Assembly (NCBI RefSeq): GCF_964204645.1
Contig: NC_134025.1
Location: 30,174,299-30,238,298, forward strand
DNA: 64,000 bases
Reading direction: 5' to 3'
Source of the DNA: Tubulanus polymorphus
Taxonomy: Eukaryota > Animalia > Nemertea
Below the pieces are notes generated by a model. It saw only the letters and a list, made by a program, of their open reading frames with translations, did no database searches and had not been told where the DNA came from. Positions 42,801-58,847 of the stretch are shown here, piece by piece. The stretch's first letter is position 1. Each line of letters begins with the position of its first letter. The position numbers were made by a program, and so were the translations under genes.

Positions 42801-42993
42801 GCTACAAAATCTTTGCTCTGATCTACTTCCTAGAAAAAAATAGAATCGCCGAGTATATGTCATGAGTGGAATAAAATTGAATTGATTCTTCTAAAAAGTA
42901 TTGTGTCGTCATTTGATTCGACTGATGATGATCACTGACACTGCGAGTTCACACCCAGAACTGAATTGTACCTACCATATAAGAAGGAATCAT
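36897..42993 (-). CDS. ARMC8: Armadillo repeat-containing protein 8 (CTLH/GID E3 ligase subunit, Gid5 homolog), 19 coding exons
   Basis: Exons (minus): 42993-42976, 42829-42756, 42627-42556, 42360-42218, 42067-41877, 41567-41487, 41406-41331, 41077-40987, 40900-40840, 40735-40520, 40060-39974, 39817-39653, 39223-39044, 38670-38521, 38437-38342, 37826-37731, 37633-37561, 37109-37016, 36927-36897. All introns are GT-AG and frame-consistent. Peptides [93 protein letters not shown] and KVKTALQQF* match ARMC8. Confidence 0.96.
38155..38312. mobile_element. MITE with 3-bp CAG target-site duplication (PIF/Harbinger-like), in an ARMC8 intron
   Basis: CAG|GGGTGGGTTTCATAGA ... TCTATGAAACCGGGCC|CAG. 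Confidence 0.7.
40384..40509. mobile_element. MITE (PIF/Harbinger-like), in an ARMC8 intron
   Basis: GGCTCGGTTTCACAAAAAAAG ... CTTCTTCGTGAAACTGGGAC, flanked by CCG/CTG; a related copy lies at ~58967-59078. Confidence 0.6.
41625..41827. mobile_element. MITE with CAGGGGYGGATCC-type terminal inverted repeats
   Basis: CAGGGGTGAACCCAGG ... CCCGGATCTACCCCTG; a related decayed copy lies at ~24057-24297. Confidence 0.6.
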
Positions 42994-44319
42994 TTTGACA
43001 AAAAAATAAATTAATTTCGCGAGGATTTACAAAAATAAATGAAATCCAAGATTAGGAAATGTCAAATATTCTGTAACGCGCATTAGGAGTTATTACGCCG
43101 TATATTACAGGTTTCAGTTCAATACGGCGTCTGAGACTTTACAAGTACATGCGCTTTATTTGATCAGATTTGATGGCAGCACTGTACGGTTTCCTCCTTC
43201 AGTGGAATTGTCTATATCGATGTGAGGATGGACCTGGCTTCACAACTTTTTTGTTTGGCTATCTCAGTTCTCAATCTTGAAACGCAATCCCGACATTAAA
43301 AAGGCAGTTCCAATTTTTATTGTTGTTATTTGGCATTTTTGGGATTTTCATTGAGAAATAAATTGTTCAACGATCCTTCGCCGTTGTGAATCGCTCGGCG
43401 GCCGTTCGTCGAAGACGTCAGTTCAAATTGCAGCTTTGTTCTTAGCCTAAGTAATTTTTTGAAATCTTTCACTAATTGAAACTGTAAACTGGGCGTGAAA
43501 GCAATGAAAACGCAACTGAGACTAATTTTTGTTTTGAATAACAGAATTAATGCTATGACTGAATTCCTCAGTCAATTTCGGCGCCGGTATCGGAGTCTCT
43601 GTTGGCGGCGTCCGGAGTCTAAGTCACTGCTCCGTTTAAAAGGTTTATTTAATTCCTGTGTTTTTTTATTTGACAACCCATTTAAATCGAACTCGGTTTC
43701 ATGTTTTTGTCATTTCAGCAGGCTAATTAGGACCAGACGAACGATCAACTAACGCCAGAAGAGTGTAGCAGTATAAAAACCGACCGGAGCAGACCGGACA
43801 GAATGAAAAAACCAGGCGGCGCTAATTCGAGAGACGAGCTGTTGAGAATCAAGTAATTTATTTTATATGGCCTTAAAGTTCGACGATATTGTTCAGCTGG
43901 CTACCGGCGTGTATTCAACCGGGCAGTAGAACCTTCTATAAGCTTTCAATTGAAATTCAATTCAACAATAGAGACACAATGGCGGTTTTTCAGAGTTGTT
44001 GATATTATTCTGACACGCGTCATTGAATACATCACCGGCTGACCACGGTGTGCACAAGCATAGGCCATTCACCTCTGCACACTCACACTGTGAACATGCT
44101 ACCGTGGATTCTCCTCCTGGCGATTTTCGCTGCGCTCCCGCTCCTGCTCCTGTTCCTGCTTCCTGAGGAACGACGTCTTTATGTTTTATGTGTTACTGTT
44201 TGTCTCTGTACTGTCCTGTACTGTTCTGTGTTAATTAATCCGTTCTATTTTTCAGCAATTAACCCGTTTTATTTTTCAGGGCCGATTTCTCTGTCGAATT
44301 TCAACGTTTGCTGGAACAA

Positions 44320-44530
44320 AACTAATGTCCGAAAGCGTCAGCTCTCCTTCGCCGGTCACGTGTTGAGGATGTCAGACAAAGAGTTGGTCAGGAAATTCTG
44401 CCCTCTACACGCCCTCATACGGAACACGAAAACCAGGATGACGAGGCCTCACTTCCCCCACCTATCTTCAAAGTGTGCTGAGTGATGTCAATGACGGGCA
44501 TATCTGTGGGATTGCGCGGGATACAAGTGG
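44320..44530 (+). mobile_element. 3' fragment of an RTE-clade LINE ORF (decayed)
   Basis: Translates as VRKRQLSFAGHVLRM, then in a shifted frame ALYTPSYGTRKPG*. This resembles the post-RT 'RRRxLRWxGHVxRM...G.R..GRP' motif of RTE elements. Confidence 0.7.
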
Positions 44531-45099
44531 AGCGGTTATACTGGATTGTCACGCTACTAGCATTCATTGTGTCCTTGTGACCGCCCGGATGAGGGATGAT
44601 TCTACTGTCACGCTCTTTGTTTCTGGTATTCTGAGTCGGCTGAGGGATGATTCTACTGTCACGCTCTTTGATTTCTAGTTTGAGTGCTAGTTTTCATTGT
44701 GTCCTTGTGACAACCCCGGTCAGTGGATGAAGTCTCTTGTCGGCTTGTGAGTGCTAGTTTCATTGTGTCCTTGTGACAACCTCGGTCAGTGGATGAAGTC
44801 TCTTGTCACGCTTTTGGGTGCTAGTTGAGATCCTGAATCTCAACCCGGTCAAGCTGGTTGTACTGCGCTATTTGTGTTTCGTGCAATTTTACAGGTGTGT
44901 CAGTTACTGACGTCGCCCAGTACACCCTGTGGTTAGATGGGGAATGTGAGGAGTTGACATTCTGGTTTTCGCGTTCTGTGTGAGGGCGTGTAGAGGGCAG
45001 TATATTCCTGGCTGGCTCATTGTCTGGTGTTCTCGGCATGTGACCGGCGATGGAGAGCTGTAAAGCTTTCGAACATTAGTTTTGTTCCGTACCAGGTTT

Positions 45100-47000
45100 T
45101 CATCGCTCTTCTCTTTTTTTCATTTCAGGACTCCCAAGAAGTTGAAGAAGAAGATGCTAGAAGGCGACTACAGAAGATGCCGAAAAAATACTGAACTCGG
45201 CAATCTTGAAAGTTAAGTTGATACCCATGTAAATTAGGATTAATGATGAAGAAATGTGTGACTACAAAATGTTTTTCTTTTACTCAATTTCAGCTTCAAC
45301 GAAACCCATGAAGACAAAGAAGTACTTCGATTCCGAAAAAAATGATGTAAAATCGACCAACGATCACACAACTATATCTGTACTTCGATTTCAAAAAAAT
45401 AAATTAGACAAAATTAACTTCAACCTTGTAAACTTTCGGACTACATGAAAAAAAGACCAAATATTGTAAAATTATCGAAAAAAAATGATGTAAAGTCGAC
45501 CGACGATCACACAACTATATCTGTACTTCGATTCCCGCCTGTTTCACTCCTGGCAGATGTGTCATGATCGTAAGGGACACCAACTCAAAAAGTCAAACGA
45601 GAGCTCATCAACTAAGATCTGCCGATTAGAGAACAGTGCACAGAAGGGACCAATTTGGATGAAACTCATTCAACCAACTTAGGAGATCCTCCGATAATGA
45701 ACCCAGCCATCATAAAAGGTAATTTGATATTTGATACGAACTTAGAACATTTTAACCGATACTGAACCCAGCAAACTTGAAATGTAAGTTGATTTTTGGC
45801 GAACCGTAGGTTTGCCTATGCAAATGGTCTGGGGAAGCAGTTTTCATTGAAAATGAATAGAGTACCGGTGTGTCAACAAGGCACAAACATTGGCTGTTGA
45901 TTGGCTGTTGAACCAATAGTGTTGATTTTTGGTGTCATGGTTTGGCTTATAATGAGTTCTCGAGCCCACAAAAATTTCATAGTGATCAAGTTATTTTTAG
46001 GGGACTTATTCTTGAAAAACACGTAAAAACCCTGCTTTTTAGCACTAAGTAACTCTCTTCTCTCATTTCAGGACAACCCGAAGACGACCAGAGAAGACGA
46101 GAAGAGATGCCGCCGAATCAACCACCGCTGAGACATGAACTGAAAACGCCACATAAAAAGCTAAGTTGATTTATCATTTCTAAGTTATCTTCCGGGGCTT
46201 GACGGATAGCTGCAAGTAAATTCTGTAAATTAGATCACCGATCACACAACTATATCTGTACTTCGATTTCCGATTTCAAAATCAAACCTGGTTTCCCTCC
46301 CAGCTGGAGTCTCAAAGATCTCCTAACACCCCCTCCCGAGTCCCCTCACCTCTAACCCTCAATAAACAACATACTTCTGCCGTCTCTGATTCTTCTATTT
46401 CCAGGTCTACTCGAAGAACTCCGTCAACCCGATGTCGAGGCACCACGAGTTGCATCACAGCCCATGAAGACGCCACAGTAAACTGAACCTGGCATCATGA
46501 ATAAAGCTAAGTTAATTAATTTTTTCAAATCATCCAGGGCCTGACGGATAGCTGCAAGTGAGTTTTGGAGTGCTGGTCAAGTTCAGCATCTCCGTTTGAC
46601 ATCTAACAGCAAATAACGTCACTGGTGCCAAAATTTCAAATTATGTACTTCGATATTTCCAGAAAATTCTGTAAATTTTACCATCGATCACGCAACTATA
46701 TCTGTACTTCGATTTCTGATTTTAAACCTTGTTTCATTCGCAGCAGGTGGGTGGTTTATGTATAATCAACATACGTCTGTCGTCTCTGATTCTTCTATTT
46801 CCAGGTCTACGCAAATGAACTCAAAGTTTTTTCATCCTGGAGCTTGTAGCGAGACTCAACCGTGGATTTCTTCTATGGTGGTAGTTTCTACATTGATTCA
46901 GGAGCTGCAAACACGGATTTCATTAACATTGATTCAGGACCTACAAAAAACAACAGTGGATTATATAAACAATGATTCAGGAGCTGCAGTGACTTCATAG
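45100..47000 (+). other. Locally duplicated exon/intron-like modules; putative spliced non-coding transcript diverging from ARMC8
   Basis: Repeated pyrimidine-rich ...TTTCAG/TTCCAG acceptors (~45128, ~46071, ~46404, ~46804) precede GAA-rich segments. CGATCAC(A/G)CAACTATATCTGTACTTCGATT occurs 4 times and TGACGGATAGCTGCAAGT twice. There is no long ORF. Confidence 0.4.
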
Positions 47001-47148
47001 CGCTTTTTTACAAGGGGCCCCTTTAACAGTGTAATTTGCAGGATGATTGTAATGGAATTAAGTAAATGTGAGTGTGTCAATATAAGTTACCATGTTTAGT
47101 AAATAAGGTTCATTTTTCCATAGAACAACCTCCTCTAAGTATGCTAGC

Positions 47149-47420
47149 AACTTGAGATCTTTTCTGTTGTTATTTTTGAAGCATTCTATCGGCTCAGTTA
47201 GTAATTAACAAACACATAACCATAAACCATATACTAAATAAAGAAACCAAAGAACCAAAAACTAAATAAACAAAACAAACCAAAACTAAATAAACAAAAC
47301 AAACAAATGAGCATATAAACCACGGACTCTCGAGTCCATAAACAAAAACTAAATTAAAAAAAAAACTAAATAATAACTGATATGATAGAATGCTTTAAAT
47401 AACTGATGAAAGATCAAGTT
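47149..47420. mobile_element. Inverted-repeat element (MITE-like) with AGCATTCTATC/GATAGAATGCT arms
   Basis: Arms of about 50 bp surround an A/C-rich core; second copy at 48045-48154. Confidence 0.65.
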
Positions 47421-47594
47421 TTCATTGAAATAGCGCCCACCGATTCACTTATGTGAATATAATTGATTTATGGAAAATAAGGACTTATATTACTAAGGGA
47501 TCGTTCGTAAAGTACACACAAGTTTTTGAAGGTTTTATTTCTTAGCTATCTACGTAGATCTCTAACTTTATGAACGGTCTCCTACTACGTGACT

Positions 47595-47728
47595 GACACC
47601 TTGACGCGGTGTAGTAGCTTGTGTGCCTCCGTGATCCTGAGAGCTATGCTGGTGGGGGGTATAATAACTCCTGGCAGGTTCTACCATACCAGACAGGTCT
47701 AGGGGTAGAGGCCAGACGAAGATCAGTC
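47595..47728 (+). mobile_element. Conserved 5'-UTR head of an RTE-clade retroposon (Expander/BovB-like)
   Basis: CACCTTGACGCGGTG...GCTTGTGTGCCTCCGTGATCCTGAGAGCTATGC...CTCCTGGCAGG...CAGACAGGTC...GAGGCCAGACGAA resembles, from memory, the structured 5' region of RTE elements. Confidence 0.65.
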
Positions 47729-48044
47729 GTTTTCAGATTTCTTTGATGGTTCAAAACAGAAACTTACAATTTGGTGTTGTCACAATTATAATATGTCCAT
47801 TTTTCTATACATGTATTTAGTATCTCAACCTATGGCTGCAGTGATGGCCTTGTTTTAATGCGTATGATTATTGTCAAAGAATAAAATTGCATTCATATAT
47901 TCATTAAATCCTTCATTCGTTTGGTTAAATCTTATCTCAATACTTTCTATGTGGTGCTTTTCAATGGTTCATAAAATGCCGATTAACTTTTAAAGGTTTT
48001 ATGTATGTGAACAGTTTGTCCTTGTTCTCATGATAGTCATTTGT

Positions 48045-48154
48045 AGCATTCTATCAGCTCAACTACTTATAAATAGTAACCTTTTAAAACAAACAATAAA
48101 CTAAAAAACATTAAATTACACAAACTTTTTAAGTAGTTGATATGATAGAATGCT
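48045..48154. mobile_element. Second copy of the AGCATTCTATC inverted-repeat element
   Basis: AGCATTCTATCAGCTCAACTACTTA ... TAAGTAGTTGATATGATAGAATGCT. Confidence 0.65.
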
Positions 48155-48804
48155 TGATACTTCACGAGATACATGTACATGTAAAACCATCATTCAATGA
48201 ATTGTCATCAAGCGTAGTTTTAGACTTTCAAATCAGATTTTGTTTTGTTTTTATGGACGACTTGCGTCGGATGATGTAAGTACGGTATGTAAAGTATTTA
48301 TTTCGGGTAAACCTCAAGTTGTTTGATTGTATAAAGCATGATTTAAACCTCTATATATGATGGAACCATTTTTTACTGGTTTCATTGAGTCTGGAGTTAG
48401 CTGTATGTTCAAAAATGAATAAAGCTTGTTTTTTGTGGTTTGTTTTGAGTCGGAGTACGTAAGGCTTAAAGATATACATTGTTTCTCCTAATCAGCTGGA
48501 TTCAGTTCCACAGCTGTGAGTTAGAGTTCTCTGAGTTAAGATTCATCGTTTCGGCGTCAAATCTTAATGAAATTTATCCAGTTCATTTCTCTCTGCACTA
48601 GGTCTGGTGTTAGCCTGATAATTATTTTTAAAAAGTAATGTACATGGTAAAAACTTCAGCATGCTGAGAAACAATGTATCAATATTCTTAGCTATTTCCT
48701 GGATTTTACTGGGTTCGAACCACGGACACCAATGTATTATCTTCTGTTCATCCCCTATTCATTATTCTGCATCATTCCCAGGCTCTAGGTTTACTACTTT
48801 GAAT

Positions 48805-48895
48805 CATCCTCCCCGACAGGGATTCGAACCCGATGGCATCGAGATTGCCGCGGTTCGTGTCGTACTCTTATGACCACCGAATTCTCCGGTTGGCT
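48805..48895 (-). mobile_element. tRNA-derived (Pol III B-box) SINE-like fragment
   Basis: The minus strand contains the B-box GGGTTCGAATCCC; no complete cloverleaf. Confidence 0.35.
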
Positions 48896-49778
48896 CTACA
48901 CAAAATCCACCTCGATCGGCCAACTTCGGTTTTCGTAGCTAGTCGACTAGTGGTCGGAACTAATAACCGAACACACTATAGTTCGGTCGTAACGTATTTC
49001 ACAGTGTCGGCCATCTTGAACCTAGGTCCGAACTGTAGCGACCGTGCTCAATTGCGTGGTCGACCATTTCCGAATTATAGTTCCGACTAACGGACATTCC
49101 GGACCAGACGAGAAACATGAATATTACATTCTAATAATACACTAGTAGTTGTTATTCTCGTAAAACACAAAATGCCAGGTTGTGCTATAGTTGAATTATG
49201 TTCCTCACATGGACTGTTTCGACGGTCCAACTATGACCTATAACCTATGAACTAGGAGCTTTAAGTTACGTACATGGACGAATGAACATAGAAAACCTGC
49301 AAATTGTAACTGCAATTGAATGTCCGCTGCTCTAATTTTCCAATTATGGCCACTAAAAATAAATTGATCTTTCAGACTCTCGGCGTGGTCGCTCCGAAAT
49401 TGTCACCGTGTCTGTATAATACACTAGAGGTTCGGTCCGATCACAATTAACAAAATTGCGGTCAATATTGATATTCATTTACTTTCTTCCTGGTAAATCT
49501 GAAGCGGACATTTTTATTGTGCGTTAAAGACAGAGTAGCCGATTGCGCCCGGTTTCACCAATAAATATTTTGTTACAAACTTTACAACAGGGAGTATTCC
49601 ATCCCGCTCTATTCAGTATCAGCACCTCGCAATCAGTGCCAGTAGTTAGTGGGTTCAAACGCAGCAGATCCTCTAAACTGCATCAAAAGTTCCGCGCGTA
49701 CAAAATCAGACGCCCGGTTTACGATTACGATTTATTTACACTCCAACCATTTCCATGGTATATGGAGGAAACCCCCGG

Positions 49779-49932
49779 TTTGACCGTCAAGTACTGCCCC
49801 TATACATATCGTTGACGGCGAATGTGTGAACTAACTTACTTCTCACATGCCACAGTAAGAATATTGGGCTGTCAAATTAGTTCACATATTCGCCGTCTAT
49901 GTTATATGTAGCGGCAGCACCTAACGGTCAAA
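49779..49932. repeat. Long imperfect inverted repeat (56-bp arms)
   Basis: 49779-49834 aligns without gaps to the reverse complement of 49877-49932 at about 80% identity. Confidence 0.8.
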
Positions 49933-52511
49933 ATTTTGACGCATTTGGCGGCGCGGGTCGGGACTCTCGCACTGCAGAACTAAATTTCAAATATTGATCC
50001 GGCTAATAATGCCCCAAACGCCCCGATTCTGCTGCCCATGCTATGGCAACAGAGACTGTAGTCCCTGCAAAAATTCAAGAGAGCACTCTGCTGCATTTGC
50101 AAGCTCAACTGAGGATTGTCAATTTCTGCAGCATTGGGCACGAGAGAGCTGCTGCGATATGGATGCCCTGATGTGGATATTCTCGGAGCTACCCATTTCT
50201 CCGCCATTGCGAAAAATCTTCGTTCGGTTCTGTACTAGTTTTAATCCTGCGGGCGGTTTTTCTTTAAATACGATCTGATACAATACTGATTAGCGCTCGA
50301 TTAGCGCGTGACAGTATTCAGGTATCGACAGAACCGGGTATCTGGAACCGAGATTTGTAATTCGATAGATTGTGTCAATCACGAGAGGTGCAAGTCTGCA
50401 CAATTCTACCCAGAAGCCAGAAATGATGTGGGGGGCTGAGATGATGAATCGGGCCGAGTTTACAAACGAATAAATGAAGTCGACATGGTCGAAGATATCC
50501 GAAACATTGATTCAGAAATCTTAAATTTCACTTCCTCTTATTGGCTCCAGATGATCTTCAGACTGTCCACAGCCTGCACCTGGTTCTCCCATTAACCCTT
50601 CTACAATACATTGAAATAAATCACAACTGTAAATATATGGAATTTGAAAGTTGAACACAAGGAGTTTAAGTGGTGGAGAACGTGTCTCCTCAGTGATTGT
50701 GCTGATTCAGATGATGAAATAATGATGTTGGTTGCGGTTGAATGAATCTATGGTAAGTGCAGTATTCTTACGATTCATTAACTGTTTTTCTTTTGCCCTA
50801 AGCAGAAAAACGAATTGTTGAAAAATCAGTAAGGATTGAAGTAGGCCTATTGCCATCATGAGTCGCGCATTCGTCAATGTATTCACGTTATAATTGTTAA
50901 GGAAGAACATAAATTCGGGTTTCGCGTACTTAATGGTCCTATTTGATTGCTCAGAATTCAAAAAGGCTTTGCTCAAAAAATGTTATTGACAGGAAGTCGC
51001 CCCAGGTCCTATATTTAAAAAAAATGAAAAATAAATGACAATTTTTTTTTAAACATCAAAAAAATTAAACTGCTATTGGGGAAGGGGTCTGACATAAAGT
51101 TGAATAAAATGAATTAAATGAAAACGAATGTTTTGGCCACTGACTATGAAAAATATAGATGTTACTTAATGTAATTCCACAGGATTTCACAGAGCATATT
51201 AAACAATTTCCAGGGCATGTTTGGAAAAGGGTAGATTCGCTGTTAAGCCCTTACAAAAGAAAAGTTTTCTCTTTCAAGGGCACTTCGAAAAAGGCAATTC
51301 ATCACTTTTGAGGGGGCAGTTTTTAAACGTGAAAAAAAGTGAAAATGGGCTCATACCAGCCTGGACAATATCGCATCTTAAAATCACTGTTTACCTGGAG
51401 CTTATACCCCAGTGTTGAGTCATGAAATAGTACATAGAAATATAATAACACTGGATTGTTGTTTTACTTTTTGACTTGGGGGAGGGGGGCGTAGGGGCCA
51501 TTAATTAGCCTTTTGCCTTATGTAAAATTCGAAAAATAACACCTCTTTGATGTGATGATAGATCGTTAGTAGAATGTAGTCAATATTGATATAAATACTA
51601 AGTCTGTGTGTGTTTATTATATGTGGGCACTGATAATGCGAGGAGTCAGTTAAAAATAGCTACATCAAGATAATGAATATGATGTTTTGTTTAATATCGC
51701 ATCTCGGTTAAAAGACACTCCTTTCTTCTTCACGAATGACGAACCACCACCTCAAAACAGATTTCCTCCGAAGGCCAAAAAAACGCTGTAATAACCGCAA
51801 TGTCACAGCAACATCAATTAATTTAGCTTCTGATTTCGTCATCAATTTCATCACCATAAATGGAGACTTTCAGAATAGATGACTTGAGAGCATTGTAATT
51901 AATTATGTGTAGGCTTTTGGTTTATATATAAAAGATAAATATTTTGTTGTGTTTTGTCGTGTGTGCTGGTGCAGGTTCACAGAAGGGAACATAACTTGCT
52001 TTAGTTTAGGTATGTTTAGGGAATAATCTTAGTCAGCATTGTTAACATATATTGGTAGAAATTTGAACTGTAGATATCTAAATTCAGATGCTTCAAGTCA
52101 TCACAAAAAATGAAGACTTGAAACATTGAATCTGAATCAATATTTCTTTTCTAATTTTGGATTTTTGAAACTGTATCAAATATTTCGGAAGAATGCAACT
52201 TGAGACTTGGAATAAGTGCATTGTTCTACTTACAATAGTTATAGCTTGTGTTTAATAGTTTGTATTGAAGGCATTTTCGGAAATATATTTTAAATGTTTT
52301 TCCTGAAGTGTTTCCGTAATATATTTACACTTGACATTTGAAAATCAATCGGATGGTCATACTTGCTTAATGGAGCTAAATATAAGAATCTTAAAAAAAT
52401 TCTCATTTCGTGAAGAACTTGTAGCGATACTAATTGTCTCTTCATCATTTTGCAGCGCTGATATATGTTGATCGTATATGAGTGAGGAGTGTAAGATAGT
52501 GATGGCCTGTC

Positions 52512-56416
<3,905 letters not shown>

Positions 56417-58847
56417 GGGCATCGTTTTACTTAGTAAATCGAATTAGAAGTACAAATTTGGAATCAAAAATAGAAATGACTTCAGCAATGTGTTGACTAA
56501 ACTGTGTTCAACTGTAGTTTGAAATTCACAGTAATAAATCATCATGTTTAAAGTGTAATCTCTTCCCCCATCAGTGTTTTAATTGTTGTGATTTATGTAT
56601 TGAAAGTTATTCAATTCGATGATGATGATGATGATGATGATGAATGTCAGAATTTTCATCCAATCCTAAAAAACTAGTCTTTAATGAATATAAACTTGTG
56701 TATATGTAGTTTAATGTAGTAGTATCGCGTCATTGTAGTTTTCAATGTAATTGACATTAAAAAAAAAACTATTTTTCTTGTATTCTAATCTGTTTTAATC
56801 TCTGGTGATTTTCAGGTTATTATAGAAATGGCTTAATAAGATTAAAACTCCATTATTTGGAGTATAAAGAGTTGTAAATCTAATTATATATATACATATA
56901 TATTATATATTTGAAATGTCTCAAGTTAGGGCTATTTCTTTTCATGTAGTTATTAGAGTTCATACTAAACTTTTGTCTCTTCCGAGTTGAGAATCTCTGA
57001 AGTTACTGTTATTTACGTATTAGCTTTTTTTTGTTGTCAAATTATGTAAGATTCCTTCATAAAAAGTCATCAAATTTGGTAAACATTTCCTTGTGGATCA
57101 GGGTTTAAAACAATTATTGTCTGAAGGTCTTAATTATCTTCTCTCGAAGTTCTCAACTGTCTTTAAGTAACCGTGAAAACGGTTTTTTCATTTTTTCAGC
57201 TGGCTACTGGCTAGTCACTTCTTTCATGTAAAGTTAGTTCGTTTAATTAGTTTTCAATGAAACTTTCATCAGCAGGACTGACTTTATTCAATCAAGAAAT
57301 CAATCAAGTTATGAAGCAAACATATGTCCAGTAAGGACATGAAGTTGTATAAGTGAATGTATCTGATACATTATGTCTGTATTTATATGTATAAATTCAT
57401 TATCAGTAGATGTAAAAATAAAGCTGGTTCCGATATCAAATTATTGGGCGATAAATCAATAGATTCTAATTGTTCTTATTCAGTCAATATACTGTTGGCC
57501 TATGTCTGTACTCTGCATGCAACCACTCAGACAATAGGACTGCCTGTATATCAGCACCTTACGCGAAGGTCGAGGTATTATAGGTAAGATCAAATTAGTT
57601 CAACGCATCTCAAACACTGTAGAGTACAGTCGTCTCGCGCTAGGGTGAGCTTTGGTGGGATTAGACGGATAAAGTAAACAATGGAAGCCCTGAGACGACA
57701 TGTTGAGTTCGAAAGTTCACAAGCTTATGCTGCAATACGTCCATAAAGACATAGAGAGAGAGAGACATAGATGCACTAACGAAAATAAAACATTGTTTAA
57801 AAATGTATCAATTTATTCAGATGACCACGATAATGATGCAGTATACATATTACAATTAATGAATGTCCCGTCTATAAGATCTACTGAAATATACACTACT
57901 AGTAGCAAATACAAGCCCCCTGACTGTTATTCGTTGAAGACTTGAAAATTCATTTTAACAATAAAACAAAATACAGAGTAGACAAAAACAATCCATGATT
58001 ACACAACAAACACATGGTACAAGTCACAAAATCAGTAGACTCCACTCAAGTCGGGTCATTCCAGATAAAATCGATTTGGACATAATTCATATACAAAATC
58101 AGAAAAATATTTCAACAGTTTCTGTTTGAGTAAACGGTTATTGCCGATTCTAATGGTTATCGATCCGACTTAGAGTAGAATTCACTGTTGTATGTTATTT
58201 CATTAACGAGAAACAATGACGAGATTCCTATATACACACTTCAAGATTCTATTGTTTGATTCTATAAATGCAATTATTCTATTAATCTTACTAAATGCAA
58301 TCAGCATTTATTGTTCATCAGGACACAACGATAAATATCCATCATTAATTATAGATACAAAATTACCGAAATATTTCACTTTTAAATCAGTCGATTTCTA
58401 ACCTGAATTCCAACCCGAAAACTGCTCTAACAGAAAATAAACGACTGGATTTACTCAATAAAATATCGGATATAGATATCACAATTTACACAACAAATAA
58501 CTAACTCATCCTAAACTAAGAACAAGGGATAATTGACACATGATCAGCTCTGTAAGGGCTGAATACAAGTGGAATGATTTGAGAGGAATGATTTTTGACA
58601 GATATAAGACGAGGGTCACTTACACAGTCAAGGCTTAAAGTTCAGACTAACACCATTTGAGTTTTATAGCCAGTCTAACAACTTAAGACTTGTCTCAGGA
58701 TTTAAGGTCATTTTTAGACTCACAACTGCGTAACTGGATGTATTTTTCATGCAATCAATACAAACAATTGTCACCAATCTTATCAAAATATACATTTATC
58801 ACATTATGCTTTCTACATGTCGTCGCACTAAACACACATAGTCCCGA

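Noticed and set aside
44585-44640. Possible C/D-box snoRNA (GATGA...CTGA)
   Set aside because: No proper RUGAUGA C box or terminal stem; part of local repeats
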